Translations under genes and position numbers: made by a program
In this document: one piece after another, positions 56,272-64,000 of the stretch
Layout: each line of letters starts with the position of its first letter
Numbering within the stretch: the first letter of the stretch is position 1
Source: an uncultured bacterium
Lineage (GTDB): Bacteria; Planctomycetota; Phycisphaerae; Sedimentisphaerales; Anaerobacaceae
Assembly: GCA_965370955.1 (NCBI GenBank)
Contig: CBDUWP010000001.1
Location: 2,122-66,121 of the forward strand
DNA length: 64,000 nucleotides
Direction of reading: 5' to 3'
Notes under the pieces: model-generated
The model's input: the letters and a program-made list of their open reading frames with translations, nothing else
Databases searched by the model: none
Told to the model about the DNA's origin: nothing

Positions 56272-57099
56272 ATGAATAACTTGGGAAAAATGACGAGAAT
56301 CGGCTGCTGTGTTTTATTGCTCGGAAGTGCTTGTGCTTTTGCTGCTAAGCCTAAAAAGATTACAACCGAATCTAACGTGGCAATGATTGAGATACCAGCT
56401 GGCGAATTTGTTATGGGAACAGCTAGCGGCGCACTAGATGAAACAGCTCACAAAGTTCAAGTTAGCGGTTTTTATATGGATGCTTATGAAGTCACTCAAG
56501 CTGATTTTGTAAAGGTTATGGCGGACAATCCTTCGAAAAAACTCAAAGCCCAAAATCCTGTCGAGCAGGTGACATGGGCTGGCGCTGCGAAATATTGCAA
56601 TGCAAGAAGTAAGCTTGAAGGCTTAAAACCCTGCTATGATACAGAGACATGGAAATGCGATTTCACTGCCGACGGCTATAGATTGCCAACCGAAGCAGAA
56701 TGGGAATATGCCTGTCGTGCCGGCCAAAAGGCATCATATTTCTTTGGCAAAAATCCTAAAAAACTTCGCTATTTCGCATGGACTGCCGACACCGCCAATG
56801 GCCAGCCGCGCGAGGTCGGAAAAAGAATGCCCAATCCATGGGGCCTCTACGATATGTACGGCAATATTGCCGAATGGTGCAATGATTACTATGCAGCTGA
56901 TTATTATAAAGCTAGCTCAGCAAAAGATCCGAAAGGTCCTGACGCCGGCGAAAAAAGAGTTGTCCGAGGGGGCAGCTGGAACTCGTCCGCAGAAGAATGT
57001 AGATCAGCTTGTCGCATGAAGGAAAATCCCGGTTATGCTGATGTTTGCATCGCGTCTTATGATGTTTATGGTTTTCGATGCGTTAAAAAAATGCCGTAA
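56272..57099 (+). CDS. Formylglycine-generating-enzyme (SUMF1/FGE-sulfatase) domain protein, exported
   Basis: AAGGAG RBS and a signal peptide. Motifs are FYMDAYEVTQADF, GYRLPTEAEWEYACRAG, NPWGLYDMYGNIAEW and RVVRGGSWNSSAEECRSACR. Confidence 0.85.
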   Translation: MNNLGKMTRIGCCVLLLGSACAFAAKPKKITTESNVAMIEIPAGEFVMGTASGALDETAHKVQVSGFYMDAYEVTQADFVKVMADNPSKKLKAQNPVEQVTWAGAAKYCNARSKLEGLKPCYDTETWKCDFTADGYRLPTEAEWEYACRAGQKASYFFGKNPKKLRYFAWTADTANGQPREVGKRMPNPWGLYDMYGNIAEWCNDYYAADYYKASSAKDPKGPDAGEKRVVRGGSWNSSAEECRSACRMKENPGYADVCIASYDVYGFRCVKKMP

Positions 57100-57157
57100 T
57101 TGTTGTTGATGTTGAGGGTAAAAAACAATAGAAAGGGCAATTTAAGGAGTTTTTAAA

Positions 57158-57733
57158 GTGAAAGCCATTGCAATTTCTGGAAGCCCTCGCGCAGGAGGTA
57201 ATACCGAATATGCTTGCCAAGTTGCCCTAGATAAAATTGCTAGTTTTGGAGTTGATACCGAGCTGGTGTCACTGGCTGGTAAAAATATCAAGCCCTGTAT
57301 TGCTTGCGGAGCATGTGCCGAAGCCGGCAAATGTGTAGGGGCTTTGGGCGATGACTTTGATGATATCATTGAAAAAGTTAAATCCGCTCAAGCGATTATT
57401 TTGGCAAGTCCTGTTTATTTCAATTGTGCTACAGGACCAATCTGTAACTTGATGCATAGGATGGGATATGTCGCTAGATGCGGCGGAGATAATTTCCTGT
57501 CTCGCAAAGTCGGCGGAGCGATCGCCGTAGCTAGAAGAGCAGGACACAATTTCACCTTCGCCCAATTGTCGATGTTTTTTTCGATCAATGATATGGTTCA
57601 AGCCGGCTCGAGCTATTGGAATGTCGGTGTAGCCAGAGCCATTGGTGACATGAAAAATGATGCTGAAGGCGTTGCAACATTAGAGCGGTTCGGCGAAAAT
57701 GTCAGTTGGCTGCTTGAAAAACTGAATGTGTAA
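57158..57733 (+). CDS. Flavodoxin-fold NADPH-dependent FMN reductase family protein with compact 4-Cys motif (iron-sulfur flavoprotein, Isf-like)
   Basis: The start is a GTG with AAGGAG 8 nt upstream. IAISGSPRAGGNT is the FMN-binding loop. CIACGACAEAGKC fits the CxxCxxCx5C motif. Confidence 0.7.
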   Translation: MKAIAISGSPRAGGNTEYACQVALDKIASFGVDTELVSLAGKNIKPCIACGACAEAGKCVGALGDDFDDIIEKVKSAQAIILASPVYFNCATGPICNLMHRMGYVARCGGDNFLSRKVGGAIAVARRAGHNFTFAQLSMFFSINDMVQAGSSYWNVGVARAIGDMKNDAEGVATLERFGENVSWLLEKLNV

Positions 57734-57750
57734 CTCAATTTATTTTTAAA

Positions 57751-57789
57751 TAAAAAAATGGCGACAACAGCATGGGTGATGTTGCCGCC
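57751..57789 (-). terminator. Rho-independent terminator candidate (minus-strand orientation; the hairpin could also stop the plus-strand Isf transcript)
   Basis: The minus strand reads GGCGGCAACA, a 10-nt loop, UGUUGUCGCC (one mismatch), followed by AUUUUUUUA. It lies about 160 nt downstream of the pepP stop and 27 nt downstream of the Isf stop. Confidence 0.55.
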
Positions 57790-57949
57790 TACGCCTTTAA
57801 AATAAAAGGAGTCTCACAAAGATAAGACTAACATAATCATGCTTTTTGACTATCGTGGTGATTACGGTATTTGGTTCTAAACGGTGATTATAGAACGGAT
57901 TGTTTGATTTTTCAGTGTTTTAGAACGTTTGAGGGATTTATGTATTGTC

Positions 57950-59095
57950 TTAAATGTTGATTAGTGTTTTGCTGCAATTTTTTGTGAGTATTTCACAGCC
58001 ACAATCGGTTACGAGAATGTCGTCTTCTATCCTGACGCCTGTTGAGTTGGGCAGATATATTCCCGGCTCAATCGTCAAAACTTGACCTGCCGAAAATGTC
58101 TGCTTATTGGTTTTGTAAACAGTTGGGCTTTCATGAACGACGAGTCCAATGCCGTGACCTGTTGAATGGCCATATACATCAAAGCCAGCTTTTTTGATTA
58201 TGTTGCGAGCAGCGGCATCAGCTTCTGCAATTGATTTGCCGGGTCCGACTTTTTCTATCGCCGCCAGTTGAGCTGATAGCACAGTGTCATAAATTTTTCT
58301 ATATAAAGCTGAAATTTTACCAATGGCAAAACATCTCGTAATGTCACAGCAATAGCCGTTATAGTTTGCGCCGAAATCTATCAATATTGTATCATTTTTT
58401 TTAAGTTTTCTGTCTGTCGGCAGATGATGGGGCCTTGCTGCATTTTCGCCAAAAGCTACAATTGTTTCAAAAGCAACAGTGGCCGACAAGCTCCTCATCG
58501 AAAAATCTAATCTCGCTGCAAGCTCGGCTTCAGTTATTTTGTTCTTAGCATAGTTTAATAATGTTTTTTTCAGCGAGATGTTTGCTATTTCAGCAGCTTT
58601 TTTAATGTTGGCGATTTCATCTGGCGATTTTATTATTCTCGCTTGTTCAATGATGGTTAGGGTGGGCTTGATTGAAAAGTAGCGGAGCTGTTTTTTTAGG
58701 TTTTTGTGGTCAGCTATGGACATGAAAGGTTCAACAGCGATTGTTTTGATTGTCGCTGATTTTTTTATGATTTTACCGGCAGCCTGAGCAAGAGAATCTG
58801 TTCGCTGAACGATTTTGCAACATTGACAAATCGCTTTGGCTTGGGTTGTGTATCTGCTGTCAGTTATCAGATATGATGAGCGTTTTGTGATGATCGCCCA
58901 ACTGCCGGCGCCATCGAAACAGGTGGCATATCTGACGTTTGCTTTTGAGCTTGCTATGAGGCAATCGATTTTTGCTTGTTTCATTGCAAGGCGGATTTTA
59001 GCAAGTCTGGCTTTTATTATTTTTCTATCCATTTGCTCATTATATCCAAATTTAACAAAATCATCAATAAGGCTTGAGTATATCGGCAACTCCAT
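57950..59095 (-). CDS. pepP: M24-family Xaa-Pro aminopeptidase
   Basis: Creatinase-like N-terminal domain plus the pita-bread metal ligand context DFGANYNGYCCDITR, HSTGHGIGLVVHE, TIEPGIY and GVRIEDD. The start could instead be the internal ATG at 59032. Confidence 0.85.
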   Translation of the reverse strand: MELPIYSSLIDDFVKFGYNEQMDRKIIKARLAKIRLAMKQAKIDCLIASSKANVRYATCFDGAGSWAIITKRSSYLITDSRYTTQAKAICQCCKIVQRTDSLAQAAGKIIKKSATIKTIAVEPFMSIADHKNLKKQLRYFSIKPTLTIIEQARIIKSPDEIANIKKAAEIANISLKKTLLNYAKNKITEAELAARLDFSMRSLSATVAFETIVAFGENAARPHHLPTDRKLKKNDTILIDFGANYNGYCCDITRCFAIGKISALYRKIYDTVLSAQLAAIEKVGPGKSIAEADAAARNIIKKAGFDVYGHSTGHGIGLVVHESPTVYKTNKQTFSAGQVLTIEPGIYLPNSTGVRIEDDILVTDCGCEILTKNCSKTLINI

Positions 59096-59205
59096 GTAAG
59101 CACAAATAGTTAAATTGGTTCGGCGGCAATTAAATCTTGTTATGAATTGGCTCTGGCGTTACAATAGATGGTCTGAAATTGATTTTTTGACGGGTTTTAT
59201 TGCTT

Positions 59206-60360
59206 ATGCTACCGATACGTACAAGTGTGATTTGCCGCAGAACGCCATATGTTAATTATGGCTTGATAGTCATCAATGCGTTGATTTTTTTGATGAGTTA
59301 TCATCATCCAGACAGGATGAGAAACTATCTTTATCAATGGGCACAGCCTCTGGTTTTGGATCCATCGAATAGTCATCTGTGGCAATTTGTTACCTATGCG
59401 TTTTTGCATGCCGGTTGGATGCATATTTTCGGCAATATGTTTTTCCTCTACATTTTTGGCGCAGCGGTAAATGATCGGCTCGGCAATGTCGGCTATCTTT
59501 GTTTCTATCTGGCTGGCGCTGTTGTCAGTGGTATCGGTCACGTTATGTTAAGTGGCGGAGCATCGTGCTTAGGAGCGAGCGGAGCTGTTGCGGCTGTAAC
59601 GGGGGCGTATTTGGTTCTGTTTCCGCAGAGCTTGGTGACTGTTGTTTATTGGTTTATTTTTATTGGCACGATTGAGCTTCCGGCTTTATATTTCATTGCT
59701 CTAAAATTGATATTGCTCGATAATATTATTGCTACAGGTACACCTAATATAGCTTACGAGGCGCATTTGGCCGGCTATTTGTTTGGCTTTGTTGCGATCA
59801 TGGCTCTATTGGCAACAAGATTACTTAATTCCGGCAATTTTGATTTGTGGACGATGATACAATTAGCAAATCGTCGCAGAAAGTGGCGCGGCTCTATGTC
59901 AAAAGGCAATAGCGATGGCAAAAATGCTAAATGGGTTAAGGTGAAACAAGCGAAAAAAACTCCGTCTCAGATCAAGATCGAAACCCAAGTCGACCAGCTC
60001 AAACAGGATATTACCGAGCGAATGTCACAGCGGAATTTGGGGCAGGCGGCGAATTTATATCTGGAACTTGTAAAGGTTGATCCGAGTCAGGTTTTACCGT
60101 CACGATATTTACTGGATATTGCCAATCAGCTCGCCTCTGTCAGTCAGCATAATGATGCGGCGATGGCTTATGAGCAGTATCTGGAATTCTATAAGAATAG
60201 TCCAAATAGTGAGCAAGTTGAGCTGATGCTGGGGCTGTTGTGCAGTCGATATTTGAACCGGCCAGATGATGCCTGTCATCATTTGAAAAGGGCGGCTAAA
60301 AAAATAACTGATCCGTCGCAGCTGAAAATGTGTAACGATGAGATCGATAAAATTTCGTAA
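59206..60360 (+). CDS. Rhomboid-family intramembrane serine protease with C-terminal TPR-like soluble domain
   Basis: HAGWMHIFGNMFFLYIFG, GASGAVAAV (catalytic Ser) and AHLAGYLFG (catalytic His). The C-terminal roughly 130 aa are helical repeats (AANLYLELV..., AAMAYEQYLEFY...). Confidence 0.85.
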   Translation: MLPIRTSVICRRTPYVNYGLIVINALIFLMSYHHPDRMRNYLYQWAQPLVLDPSNSHLWQFVTYAFLHAGWMHIFGNMFFLYIFGAAVNDRLGNVGYLCFYLAGAVVSGIGHVMLSGGASCLGASGAVAAVTGAYLVLFPQSLVTVVYWFIFIGTIELPALYFIALKLILLDNIIATGTPNIAYEAHLAGYLFGFVAIMALLATRLLNSGNFDLWTMIQLANRRRKWRGSMSKGNSDGKNAKWVKVKQAKKTPSQIKIETQVDQLKQDITERMSQRNLGQAANLYLELVKVDPSQVLPSRYLLDIANQLASVSQHNDAAMAYEQYLEFYKNSPNSEQVELMLGLLCSRYLNRPDDACHHLKRAAKKITDPSQLKMCNDEIDKIS

Positions 60361-60375
60361 TATCTAAGGGATAGT

Positions 60376-61587
60376 ATGGCGGATAAACAAATATCTAAAC
60401 AGTTAGAGTTGTTCAAACGCGGCGCAGTTGATGTGTTGAGTGAGGTGCAGCTGAAAGAGAAGTTGGAAAAAGCTGCGGCAGGCGGCAAGCAATTAAGGAT
60501 CAAGGTTGGTCTCGATCCGACGAGTCCTGATATCCATCTCGGCCATACGGTTGTGCTTCGCAAGATGAGACAGTTTCAAGATGCAGGTCATAAAGCGGTT
60601 CTGATTATCGGTGATTATACGACAAAAATCGGTGACCCGACAGGCAGAAATGCCACAAGGCCGGTTTTGTCCGATAGCCAGATTAAATCTAATGCCGAAA
60701 CCTATTTCGCTCAAGCCGGCAAAATCCTCGACACATCAGAAGATAAATTAGAGGTGCGTCATAATAGCCAGTGGCTGTCAGATTTGAAGCTGGAAGATAT
60801 TATAAAGCTTACCTCTGTTATGACTGTGGCTAGAATGCTGGAGCGTGACACGTTTGAAAAGCGTTATAAAAAAGGTCAGCCGATTGGCTTGCATGAGTTT
60901 TTATATCCGCTGATGCAGGGCTATGATTCTGTGATGATCGATGCTGATGTTGAGCTTGGCGGGACGGACCAAACCTTTAACAATCTAGTTGGCCGTGATA
61001 TGCAAAAGCTTTTCGGTAAGGACCAGCAAGTGGTTATGACTATGCCGATATTAGTCGGTCTTGACGGCACGGAAAAAATGAGCAAGTCGAAAGATAATTA
61101 TATCGGCGTAACTGACGAACCAAATGAGATGTTTGGCAAAATAATGAGCATTCCAGATGAGCTGATGGAGAATTATTTTACGTTATTGACAGATGTTGAA
61201 GCTGAAAAAATTGCAGTATTGACCGATGCTTCTAAAACCCATCCAAAAGAAGCAAAGGTTACGCTCGGCAAAATGATTGTCACTGAATTTTATGATGAAA
61301 AATTAGCGGATGCTGCGGCTGAAAATTTTGATCAGGTGTTTGCAAAAAACCAAATGCCTGATAATATCGATATTGTTGAAATTTCGCCTGATGAGATTAT
61401 GCTTTCTAAGCTTTTGTTATCTTGCAAACTTGTTGCCAGCGGCGCAGACGGCAAAAGAATGGTCAAACAGGGAGCTGTCAGTATAGATGGTGAAAAGATG
61501 GCTAATCCTTCTGAAATGATAACTGTTTCTAGCGGCATGGTTTTGCAGGTCGGTAAACGTAAATTTGCGAAATTGAGGATGAAATAA
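60376..61587 (+). CDS. tyrS: Tyrosine--tRNA ligase
   Basis: HLGH (PDIHLGHTV), KMSKS and a C-terminal S4-like domain. Confidence 0.96.
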   Translation: MADKQISKQLELFKRGAVDVLSEVQLKEKLEKAAAGGKQLRIKVGLDPTSPDIHLGHTVVLRKMRQFQDAGHKAVLIIGDYTTKIGDPTGRNATRPVLSDSQIKSNAETYFAQAGKILDTSEDKLEVRHNSQWLSDLKLEDIIKLTSVMTVARMLERDTFEKRYKKGQPIGLHEFLYPLMQGYDSVMIDADVELGGTDQTFNNLVGRDMQKLFGKDQQVVMTMPILVGLDGTEKMSKSKDNYIGVTDEPNEMFGKIMSIPDELMENYFTLLTDVEAEKIAVLTDASKTHPKEAKVTLGKMIVTEFYDEKLADAAAENFDQVFAKNQMPDNIDIVEISPDEIMLSKLLLSCKLVASGADGKRMVKQGAVSIDGEKMANPSEMITVSSGMVLQVGKRKFAKLRMK

Positions 61588-62387
61588 TGAAGTCTAAAAT
61601 CTGTCGATTTATTTTGTGTGTTGTTTTATGTGCTTCTTTTATTGGTTGTGCGGTGAACCCGCTGACGGGCAATAAGGAATTTATTATAATGCCTATCAGT
61701 CAAGATGTCGAAATTGGCAAGGCTTATGCCCCTAAAATGCAAGAGCAGTCAGGCGGAAAAATCGAAGATGAAATTCTGCAAACTTATATCGACTCGATTG
61801 GCCAAAAACTTGCGAAATTGTGTCAGCGCAACGAATTAGAATATCATTTTACGGCGGTTAATGACAAGGCTATCAATGCTTTTGCATTGCCCGGCGGCTA
61901 TATTTTTATCACTAAGGGTATGCTTGAACATTTGACAAGCGAAGCGCAAATGGCTTCGATATTAGCTCATGAAATCGCCCACGTTGTCGCACGTGACAGT
62001 GCCGCAGCTATGAGCCGTCAAATTGGTATTGATTTGGTGCTGTCATCGATTTCTAAAAAAACTCCAGAGGCGGCAATGGCTGTTGCCAATATCTCCCGTC
62101 AGCTCATGGGGTTAAAATTTAGCCGTACAGATGAAACCCAAGCTGATCTTGGCGGGCTGGATTATCTGGTAGCAGCTGGATATAATCCTTACGAAATGGT
62201 TGAGGCTATGAAGATGCTGCAAAGTCAAGACAAGGCGACCCAGCCGGCTTTTTTGTCGACCCATCCTGCACCTGCAAATCGAGTGGAGTATATCACCGAA
62301 AAGATTCAGCGAAAGTATAGCAATGCCGGTATAGGAAAAATCGGCGTCCAAGAGTATCAGCAAAATGTGTTGAGCCGTTTGAAATAG
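61587..62387 (+). CDS. M48-family zinc metalloprotease lipoprotein
   Basis: The lipobox is SFIGC and the zinc motif is HEIAHV, with a downstream E/H ligand region. It shares a TAATG 1-nt overlap with tyrS. Confidence 0.85.
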   Translation: MKSKICRFILCVVLCASFIGCAVNPLTGNKEFIIMPISQDVEIGKAYAPKMQEQSGGKIEDEILQTYIDSIGQKLAKLCQRNELEYHFTAVNDKAINAFALPGGYIFITKGMLEHLTSEAQMASILAHEIAHVVARDSAAAMSRQIGIDLVLSSISKKTPEAAMAVANISRQLMGLKFSRTDETQADLGGLDYLVAAGYNPYEMVEAMKMLQSQDKATQPAFLSTHPAPANRVEYITEKIQRKYSNAGIGKIGVQEYQQNVLSRLK

Positions 62388-62402
62388 TTTGCCAAAAAAA
62401 AG

Positions 62403-63491
62403 TTACGGCCATAAATTGAGCTGCGGATTGGCCTGCATTTGCAAAATTCTATAGGGCTCTTCCGGCATAGCTGTTCTGCTCGATAGATACGCCGCTTCTA
62501 TAACAGCCATATTGTTCAGATCGACTCTATTTGGATGTCGCTTATTTTTATCTGGTTCGGCTAGTTTGCCGGCGAATTGCTGGAAAAAGCCTTTGTACGC
62601 ATCAGTCAAGCTATATGGAATCTCTGTTTTTTCCTGCACATTGATATCAGGGTTTTTGGTCACGCACAAAGTGTCTTTGGTTACAGTTATAATCTGTTTT
62701 GTACTGAAAAATTTGATTTGATCTGGTTTTATGTCTATGCTTTTGGTTACGGTGACATTGCAGCTTAGAGTTTCGTCAAATTTCATCATTGCTATAGCTG
62801 TATCTTCTGTCGAATATTGTCTTTGCTGGTGATCGGCTGCGTGACTTATTGTTGTTGCGTAAATTTGCTGCGGCAATCCGAAATTAGTTATAATTTGGTC
62901 GATGATTTTATAGCCGTCATGAAGGAGCACTCCTCCGCCAGATAATTTTAGATCGCTTGACCAATAATTTTTTTCGCCAGTAGCGGCGTTACAAACAGCT
63001 TCTATCAAAAAGATTTTGCCGGATTGTTCTTGCTGCAATAAATCGTTGGCTAATCTGAATGTCCCTGAAAATTGATAGGGATTTATCGTTTCAAAAAATA
63101 CGTCATTTTTACCAGCTAGCTGAATGAGCTTTGCGGTTTGCTCGAAATTTGTAGCAGGCGGCGCAAGTTTTAATATGTGACATTTTTTCTTGATAGCTGA
63201 TATGACATATTCTTCGCATCGATATAAACTTTCTGCCACTATTATGCAATCGAGGGAAGTTTGCGTAATCAATTGCCTGTGATCATTGAAGCTTTGGCAG
63301 TTGTGCTTTTGGCCGATTTTTTCTGCGAGGGCGAGATTTTCATCTGAAACAGCCGCTAATTGCATCTGGTCACATGATTCAATCGCTTCCAGCAGTGAAT
63401 CACTGTCATGATTTAAGCTCAAAACTCCTGCCTTTATTTTTTCAGGAGAGTTCTCTTGTGATTGATTTTTGTTTGGACTATCTAAATCCAT
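62403..63491 (-). CDS. Gfo/Idh/MocA-like protein with degenerate dinucleotide-binding motif
   Basis: The overall layout resembles the family (N-terminal beta-alpha-beta region, ...ILKLAPPA... in place of EKP, C-terminal alpha/beta domain). However, the first strand-loop reads KAGVLSLNHDSD instead of GxGxxG. Confidence 0.45.
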   Translation of the reverse strand: MDLDSPNKNQSQENSPEKIKAGVLSLNHDSDSLLEAIESCDQMQLAAVSDENLALAEKIGQKHNCQSFNDHRQLITQTSLDCIIVAESLYRCEEYVISAIKKKCHILKLAPPATNFEQTAKLIQLAGKNDVFFETINPYQFSGTFRLANDLLQQEQSGKIFLIEAVCNAATGEKNYWSSDLKLSGGGVLLHDGYKIIDQIITNFGLPQQIYATTISHAADHQQRQYSTEDTAIAMMKFDETLSCNVTVTKSIDIKPDQIKFFSTKQIITVTKDTLCVTKNPDINVQEKTEIPYSLTDAYKGFFQQFAGKLAEPDKNKRHPNRVDLNNMAVIEAAYLSSRTAMPEEPYRILQMQANPQLNLWP

Positions 63492-63556
63492 TTAGGATGT
63501 CCCCGTTAGGCTAGTGCCATTTTTTTCAGTCAACATAAAATCACGCAAGGTTTTCA

Positions 63557-63964
63557 TCAACCAATATGTTTATTATCGTCTTCGGTTTTTTCTTTCATCG
63601 AGTAACCGTTATCTTGGCGATTATGATTTACGGACAGCTTTTGTTCATATATTCTCATGACATCGTCAGCATCCATTCCGAGACATTGCGCGAGGCTTAT
63701 CCAAAAAAAGAGCATGTCGATAACTTCGACTTTGGCATTTTGCAGATCATTTATTGCGAATCTTTTTCCCTGACCGGCTTCTTTGCACCAGTGTTTCCAA
63801 AACGTGCAATCGCGAAGCTCTTCCAACTCATTGCTCATAGCAGCGATATAATTGTTCAGCCATAAGCCGGCATATTGCGGATCAAAATTTTTGCGAAGAG
63901 CTTTGGCGTCAAAGCCGGTTCTTTTATTTAATTGAGCTTGTTTTTCAAATAATTCTTTCAGCAT
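63557..63964 (-). CDS. All-alpha NTP pyrophosphohydrolase, dimeric dUTPase (dUTPase_2)/MazG-like
   Basis: 135 aa and helical. LFEKQAQLNKR..., WLNNYIAAMSNELEELRD...WKHW and KVEVIDMLFFWISLA match the remembered dUTPase_2 pattern (E-x2-E, W-K-x-W, acidic residue before the HF-like helix). Confidence 0.55.
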   Translation of the reverse strand: MLKELFEKQAQLNKRTGFDAKALRKNFDPQYAGLWLNNYIAAMSNELEELRDCTFWKHWCKEAGQGKRFAINDLQNAKVEVIDMLFFWISLAQCLGMDADDVMRIYEQKLSVNHNRQDNGYSMKEKTEDDNKHIG

Positions 63965-64000
63965 GTTCGTTCCTTGTTTTGTGCTGTTTTGTTTAATTGT

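Noticed and set aside
57838-57879. A 13-codon ORF (MLFDYRGDYGIWF) in the convergent spacer, considered as a possible RiPP precursor for the radical SAM enzyme.
   Set aside because: It has no RBS, lies 9 kb from the radical SAM gene with unrelated genes between, and is too short to evaluate.
59206-60360. The rhomboid-TPR fusion, considered as a novelty.
   Set aside because: Rhomboids with soluble TPR extensions are already known (for example Bacillus GluP/YqgP), so this is not unusual.
1-64000. I looked for rRNA, tRNA, CRISPR arrays, transposases, integrases, restriction-modification, toxin-antitoxin and other defence gene signatures across the whole window.
   Set aside because: No spacer-repeat periodicity is present. 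I saw no tRNA-like T-arm (GGTTCGAAT-type) in any intergenic gap. No ORF carries DDE, tyrosine or serine recombinase, methylase or nuclease signatures. Absence is judged by eye only.

Overview
This is a densely coding, fairly AT-rich chromosomal segment from a diderm, LPS-making bacterium. The gene content (lpxC-fabZ fusion, lipidated secretin, many exported hypothetical proteins) is compatible with a PVC/FCB-type lineage, but the taxon cannot be fixed without a database search. I support about 49 protein genes. I found no rRNA, tRNA, CRISPR array, transposase, integrase or obvious defence or toxin-antitoxin genes.

Most of the window is housekeeping:
- nnrD (partial), larB, tsaD, rimO, pgsA-like, lpxB and dnaB.
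- An outer-membrane/lipid A block: bamA-skp-lpxD-lpxC/fabZ-lpxA, followed by a Gfo/Idh/MocA oxidoreductase and a thioesterase.
- purF-purM, a pfkB kinase, cysK and two LptF/G permeases.
- hisG and the nusA-infB-rbfA operon, which has no rimP.
- tkt, mfd, a PPIase-acpS-mnmG-radical SAM operon, pepP, a rhomboid, tyrS and an M48 peptidase.

The least explained part is 47.6-57.7 kb. A tightly packed four-gene operon there links an MBOAT acyltransferase and an SGNH-like partner to two large exported paralogous proteins carrying an uncharacterised shared domain. An FGE-domain protein and an iron-sulfur flavoprotein follow. This operon is my best candidate for an undescribed system: envelope glycan acylation with novel accessory proteins.

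Other points of interest:
- A linalool-dehydratase/isomerase-like lipoprotein next to an MFS transporter.
- An orphan lipidated secretin with a heptad-repeat Lys-rich tail and a small partner protein.
- An HhH-fold protein fused to a histone-H1-like tail.
- A 598-bp non-coding nusA leader with a terminator-like hairpin.
- Several small dispersed intergenic repeat families, one carrying a 64-bp insertion flanked by an 8-bp duplication.

All functional calls rest on motifs read from the translated ORFs and on remembered family signatures. No searches were run.
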